Shown piece by piece: positions 59,428 through 64,000 of a stretch of 64,000 bases of DNA. Position 1 is the first letter of the stretch, and every line of letters begins with the position of its first letter. A program made the position numbers and the translations under genes. The notes under the pieces were generated by a model, which saw only the letters and a program-made list of their open reading frames with translations, was not told the DNA's origin and did not search any database. Source of the DNA: Synechococcus sp. (GTDB lineage Bacteria > Cyanobacteriota > Cyanobacteriia > PCC-6307 > Cyanobiaceae); NCBI GenBank assembly GCA_047285535.1, contig JBJBDC010000001.1:2656136-2720135 (forward strand), in the 5' to 3' direction.

Positions 59428-61176
59428 ATGGCGCATAAGTGGTTGCCATCGCTTCTGACGGAGCTCTATGAACACCATTCTTTGGAGGATCTCAATCGGC
59501 TGTCGTCGCAATTGCTGCATTCCGAGGGGTCTGTGTCAGAGATTGCCTTTTCAGAGTCGCTCGATCTTCGAAGTGCGGACGCAACGGCAACGGGTCCACC
59601 TTGGGATTCCTCGAGCTGTGTGTTGATTGCCTATGCCGATACGGTGAGCGCTCATGACCAGCCTGGGCTCCGTTGTTTACAGACCCTCCTTCACGAGCAT
59701 TTCAACGGGCTCTCATCGGTCGTGCATGTGTTGCCCTTCTTGCGCTCAACCAGTGATGGAGGTTTTGCCGTTGCCAGCCATGAGGAGATTGAGCAACGCT
59801 TCGGTGATTGGAATGACTTGGCCGCGTTGGCTGAAGGTCGCCAGTTGATGGCTGATTTGGTTCTCAATCACATTTCAGCGTCTCATCCCTGGGTGCGGGC
59901 TTTTCTGAAGGGAGAGCAACCAGGAGCTCGATGTGTGTTGGCTGCTGTTCCTGACCCTTGTTGGGACAATGTGGTGCGCCCGCGAAGTTCGTCGTTATTC
60001 ACCACCCTGGCGACAGATCGGGGCCCAGAAACGGTCTGGACCACGTTTGGGCCCGATCAAGTGGACGTGAACTGGCGAGAGCCTGAAGTGTTGCTGGGGT
60101 TCACTCGCCTGCTCGATCTTTTGTGCAGGTACGGCGTCCAATGGTTGCGCCTTGATGCCGTGGGGTTTGTTTGGAAGCAGCCTTTCAGTGATTGCATCCA
60201 TCAGCCTCAGGCCCATCGGTTGGTGGAAGTGTTGCGTCTGCTCTTGGAGTCGCGATGTCCTCAGGGAGTGGTGGTGACAGAGACGAATGTCCCCGAGCAG
60301 GAAAATCTGTCTTACTTGACCACTGGTTCAGAAGCGCACCTCGCCTACAACTTCCCCTTACCTCCGCTGGTCCTCGAGGCATGTTTCAGTCGTCGTGCTG
60401 ATCTGCTGAATTCCTGGCTCGCGCGGTGGCCTCAGCTTCCTCCGGGGACAGGCCTGCTTAATTTCACGGCCTGTCATGACGGAATTGGTTTGCGGCCGCT
60501 CGAAGGGTTAATGGAATCCAATCGCTTGCTCCAGTTGCTGAAGCAATGTGAGCAGCGGGGGGGGGTGGTGAGTCACCGGCGTTTAGCGGATGGACTGGAG
60601 GTTCCCTATGAGATCAACATCAGTTGGTGGAGTGCCATGGCGGATCCAGGGCGGGATCCATCACACCTTCAACGAGCTCGTTTTTTGTTGACGCAATTGC
60701 TGCTCTTGACGTTGCCCGGTGTACCTGCGTTCTATCTGCCGGCGTTACTGGCAACTCCTAATGACAATGCCCGTTTTCGGCTCAGCGGTCATCGGCGCGA
60801 TCTGAACCGTCCACAATTTCAACTCGATCGTTTAGAGCGGTTGTTGGCTGATGCTGAAAGCGATACCCGTCAGGTGGTGGAGTCACTGCAACAAGCGATG
60901 GCTGTCCGTCGTGGCCAGGAGGCGTTGGATCCCTTCGCCCCAATGGCGTTGCTGAGCGAAGGCCGCTCTGATGTGGTGATTTTGCAGAGAGGTGAAGGGG
61001 CAAGCACCCTCTATGCGATTCACAATTTCAGTGATGTTCGCCTCAGTTTTCCTTTGAGCACCCTTGCTAACACCACAGGGTCTGTTTGGCTTGACGTGTT
61101 GAACAGGCATTCTCTTGTTGCGGGCCAAACGGCTCTCGACCTTGAGCCGTTTGCTGTGCATTGGTTGACTCGATGA
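59428..61176 (+). CDS. GH13_18 sucrose/glucosylglycerate phosphorylase-like protein
   Basis: HVLPF..SDGGF, DLVLNHIS..HPW, WTTFGPDQVD, RLDAVGF.WK, TETNVP, CHDGIG, YEIN. Confidence 0.88.
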   Translation: MAHKWLPSLLTELYEHHSLEDLNRLSSQLLHSEGSVSEIAFSESLDLRSADATATGPPWDSSSCVLIAYADTVSAHDQPGLRCLQTLLHEHFNGLSSVVHVLPFLRSTSDGGFAVASHEEIEQRFGDWNDLAALAEGRQLMADLVLNHISASHPWVRAFLKGEQPGARCVLAAVPDPCWDNVVRPRSSSLFTTLATDRGPETVWTTFGPDQVDVNWREPEVLLGFTRLLDLLCRYGVQWLRLDAVGFVWKQPFSDCIHQPQAHRLVEVLRLLLESRCPQGVVVTETNVPEQENLSYLTTGSEAHLAYNFPLPPLVLEACFSRRADLLNSWLARWPQLPPGTGLLNFTACHDGIGLRPLEGLMESNRLLQLLKQCEQRGGVVSHRRLADGLEVPYEINISWWSAMADPGRDPSHLQRARFLLTQLLLLTLPGVPAFYLPALLATPNDNARFRLSGHRRDLNRPQFQLDRLERLLADAESDTRQVVESLQQAMAVRRGQEALDPFAPMALLSEGRSDVVILQRGEGASTLYAIHNFSDVRLSFPLSTLANTTGSVWLDVLNRHSLVAGQTALDLEPFAVHWLTR

Positions 61177-61982
61177 AGACAACAGATGCTCTGTCCTCAA
61201 TCCCCTGGTGGGTCGTCACTGATCTCGATGGGACCCTGATGGACCATGCCTACAACTGGGAGCCGGCACGGGAGGCGATCCGTGGCTTGCAGCTACAGGG
61301 AATTCCAGTGATTCCCTGTACAAGCAAAACGGCGGTCGAGGTGCGAAGTTTCAGGGTTGCAGCTGGTTTGAAGGACCCATACATCGTTGAAAACGGAGGG
61401 GCTGTTCATGGGGAAACCAGTGATGGTGAGCCATGGGAGCTTGCGCTGGGATGCCCTGTTGCGGATCTTCGCCCGGTTTTGCTTGAGCTTGAGCAGTCGC
61501 TCAGTGAGCCGTTGCAACCTATTGACGCACTGTCCGATCAAGAGGCCTTTGACCTTCTTGGCTTGCAGGGCGAAGCTCTGCAGTTGGCATGTACGAGGCG
61601 TTGGAGTTTGCCATTCGTTCCCCCTTCCGCATCAGCGCGGCAACGGTTGCCAGAACTCGCCAACCGTCTTGGTTTCGCTGTGGTTCAGGGCAACCGTATG
61701 GGTCATCTACTCGGCGCAGATGTCAGCAAGGGTCAAGCGCTTGATGCTTTGAAGCAGCGCAACGGTGGCTCTCCTGTGCGCGTACTCGCCTTGGGGGACT
61801 CGCCCAATGACCAGCCCCTCCTTGAAGCGGGTGATCTCTCCGTTGTTGTGCCTGGTTCGAATGGTCCCCATCCAGTTTTTGCTGAAGCTATTGCTCAAGG
61901 CCGCTACCAGTTAGCGCCTGCTTGCCATGCTCAGGGCTGGGCAGAGGTGGTGTTTCAGCACGTTCTCAATGAACGGTGCTGA
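61173..61982 (+). CDS. gpgP: Glucosyl/mannosyl-3-phosphoglycerate phosphatase (HAD-IIB)
   Basis: TDLDGTL, CTSKT..E, ENGG, SKG.A, LGDSPND..LL. Confidence 0.85.
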   Translation: MKTTDALSSIPWWVVTDLDGTLMDHAYNWEPAREAIRGLQLQGIPVIPCTSKTAVEVRSFRVAAGLKDPYIVENGGAVHGETSDGEPWELALGCPVADLRPVLLELEQSLSEPLQPIDALSDQEAFDLLGLQGEALQLACTRRWSLPFVPPSASARQRLPELANRLGFAVVQGNRMGHLLGADVSKGQALDALKQRNGGSPVRVLALGDSPNDQPLLEAGDLSVVVPGSNGPHPVFAEAIAQGRYQLAPACHAQGWAEVVFQHVLNERC

Positions 61983-62071
61983 TTCCAAACACTTCGATTG
62001 TTTCAACAAAGACCGAGTGAAACTCTTCCTGCAACGGGAGCAGACTTGATCACAGGAATAATCCATCACGG

Positions 62072-62491
62072 ATGACAGCAATTCAATGCCGATATACCGG
62101 TGACTTGCACTGCACGGCTCAGCACGGACCGTCGGGTTCCGTTTTGAACACCGATGCGCCAACGGATCATGACGGCCTTGGCGAAAGCTTTTCGCCGACT
62201 GACCTCCTGGCGACAGCGCTTGGCACGTGCATCTTGACCATCATGGGAATCACGGCACGGCGCCGCGGTTGGGACTTCGCTGACGCCAGCGTCATCGTTG
62301 AAAAAACAATGACAACCGAGGGACCGCGCCGCATTGAAAGCCTTCAAGCTCAGATCAGCCTTCCCGTTGCCCTGAGTCAGGAACAAAGGGCATTGTTGAA
62401 GCGGGTTGCGAATGATTGCCCCGTCAAACGAAACCTCGACGCTTCAATCACGATTGATTTGATCTGGAGCGACGTCGGTTCTACGGTTTGA
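62072..62491 (+). CDS. OsmC family protein
   Basis: TDAP.D..G.G..FSPTDLLATALGTC ... CPV. Confidence 0.92.
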   Translation: MTAIQCRYTGDLHCTAQHGPSGSVLNTDAPTDHDGLGESFSPTDLLATALGTCILTIMGITARRRGWDFADASVIVEKTMTTEGPRRIESLQAQISLPVALSQEQRALLKRVANDCPVKRNLDASITIDLIWSDVGSTV

Positions 62492-62605
62492 GTTGATGTA
62501 GCTCAGTGATCGAGTGGAGGAAAGTTTGATGAGACTTCGATTCATTTCGCACTGTTTTTAAGAGTGAGTCCCTTCCCTTGATGTTGAAGTTCTGCTTTAA
62601 GCCAG

Positions 62606-62632
62606 AAAAAGCCCCCCTTTTTGGGGGGCTTT
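62606..62632 (-). terminator. psbA intrinsic terminator
   Basis: AAAGCCCCCC-TTTTT-GGGGGGCTTT with an A run on the left, giving a U tract on the minus strand. Confidence 0.85.
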
Positions 62633-62669
62633 CTTATTCAGTTGAACTGAACGATGGATGGATTCCAGA

Positions 62670-63749
62670 TCAACCGATAGCAGGTGCCTGAAGAGCCACA
62701 GGTGTGGACTCAGCAGCTGCGAGGTCGAGGGGGAAGTTGTGAGCGTTGCGCTCGTGCATCACTTCCATGCCGAGGCCGGCACGGTTGAGGATGTCAGCCC
62801 AGGTGTTCAGGACGCGGCCCTGACCATCAAGGATGGACTGGTTGAAGTTGAAGCCGTTCAGGTTGAAGGCCATGGTTGACACGCCGAGGGCGGTGAACCA
62901 GATGCCGACCACAGGCCAGGCAGCCAGGAAGAAGTGAAGGCTGCGGCTGTTGTTGAAGGAGGCGTATTGGAAGATCAGGCGACCGAAGTAACCGTGGGCA
63001 GCCACGATGTTGTAGGTCTCTTCTTCTTGACCGAACTTGTAGCCATAGTTCTGGGACTCGGTCTCGGTTGTTTCACGAACCAGAGAAGAGGTCACCAGGG
63101 AGCCGTGCATGGCGGAGAACAGTGAACCACCGAAGACACCAGCCACACCAAGCATGTGGAAGGGGTGCATCAGGATGTTGTGCTCAGCCTGGAACACCAA
63201 CATGTAGTTGAAGGTGCCAGAGATGCCCAGAGGCATCGCGTCAGAGAACGAACCCTGACCGAAGGGGTAGACCAGGAACACTGCAGATGCAGCAGCAACA
63301 GGTGCGCTGTAAGCAACACAGATCCAAGGGCGCATGCCCAGGCGATAGGAGAGTTCCCACTCACGTCCCATGTAGGCGTAAATGCCGATCAGGAAGTGGA
63401 ACACAACCAGTTGGAAAGGACCGCCGTTGTAGAGCCACTCGTCGAGTGAGGCAGCTTCCCAGATGGGATAGAAGTGCAAGCCGATGGCGTTGCTGGAGGG
63501 AACAACAGCACCGGAGATGATGTTGTTGCCATACATCAGTGAACCTGCAACAGGCTCGCGGATGCCGTCGATATCAACCGGGGGAGCGGCGATGAAAGCG
63601 ACGATGAAGCAGGTGGTAGCGGCAAGCAGGGTGGGGATCATCAGAACACCGAACCAACCGACATAGAGACGGTTGTTGGTGGAGGTGACCCACTCACAGA
63701 ACTGCTGCCAACCGTTAGCGCCGGAGCGCTGCTGGATGGTGGTAGTCAT
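62670..63749 (-). CDS. psbA: Photosystem II D1 protein, D1:2 (Glu130) type
   Basis: Complete 359-aa D1 with [17 protein letters not shown] plus C-terminal extension. Confidence 0.99.
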   Translation of the reverse strand: MTTTIQQRSGANGWQQFCEWVTSTNNRLYVGWFGVLMIPTLLAATTCFIVAFIAAPPVDIDGIREPVAGSLMYGNNIISGAVVPSSNAIGLHFYPIWEAASLDEWLYNGGPFQLVVFHFLIGIYAYMGREWELSYRLGMRPWICVAYSAPVAAASAVFLVYPFGQGSFSDAMPLGISGTFNYMLVFQAEHNILMHPFHMLGVAGVFGGSLFSAMHGSLVTSSLVRETTETESQNYGYKFGQEEETYNIVAAHGYFGRLIFQYASFNNSRSLHFFLAAWPVVGIWFTALGVSTMAFNLNGFNFNQSILDGQGRVLNTWADILNRAGLGMEVMHERNAHNFPLDLAAAESTPVALQAPAIG

Positions 63750-63763
63750 GAGAACGGAAAAGA

Positions 63764-63787
63764 GCCTGTGGGACGAATCCCGGTGGC
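63764..63787 (-). promoter_or_regulatory. Structured psbA 5' UTR hairpin (PhotoRC-like)
   Basis: Minus strand GCC-ACC-GGGA-TTCG-TCCC-ACA-GGC ending 14 nt before the psbA ATG. Confidence 0.5.
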
Positions 63788-64000
63788 GAATAAAGAAGAT
63801 CGGTTAACCCGACTTAAGAAATGTAACGGAAGTTTGCGCGGCTGGCACGATCTCCGGCGTGAACTCTCCTGATCACAATGATAAGCTCAGCTGATCACGG
63901 TTGCCTTGGAATGGGTTGATGGCCTGAGGAGGATTTCTGGAGCCAAGGCCTGAGGGGCACGGCCATGACGGAGTCCTGGGCAAAGTCCATAAAAAACACC

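Noticed and set aside
63810..63840. HLR1 (RpaB) direct repeat upstream of psbA
   Set aside because: Only one good half-site (GTTACATT on the minus strand) is present; the second repeat is too degenerate to call.
1..64000. CRISPR arrays, transposases, integrases, prophage or defence genes
   Set aside because: No regularly spaced repeats and no ORF with recognisable motifs for these were seen.

Overview
64 kb of a marine picocyanobacterial chromosome, most likely marine Synechococcus (inferred from gene content and order: psbI/psbN/psbH/psbO/psbA, ntcA, crtR, ndhP, hli, glucosylglycerate cluster). Most of the window is conserved core genome: glyA, cinA, leuCD, an LptD-like DUF3769 protein, a GH38 mannosidase, tatA-pth, ntcA-rph, dcd/thyX, slt-glmM-GlcNAc kinase, ictB-trmB-FIST, ileS, gatC, pyrB, type-2 NADH dehydrogenase, coaBC, sat, ftsH, aroC, gpgS/GH13/gpgP and psbA (D1:2 type), plus three tRNAs (Arg-ACG, Leu-TAG, Ala-CGC). 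Two visibly AT-richer accessory patches follow tRNA 3' ends. The first is a ~650 bp relic after tRNA-Leu, closed by a degenerate copy of the tRNA 3' end. The second is a ~5.4 kb islet after tRNA-Ala carrying a 2OG-Fe(II) oxygenase with a canonically spaced NtcA-type promoter, a small ORF plus hli behind a structured leader, a ferritin with Fur-like boxes, and a Cys-containing secreted protein behind a perfect CRP-type box. The most striking protein-level observation is an apparent PagL-like (H-x-S) beta-barrel inserted, between two Cys/Pro linkers, inside the LptD-like protein. I saw no integrase, transposase, CRISPR array or recognisable defence system. All calls come from reading the sequence; no database searches were run.
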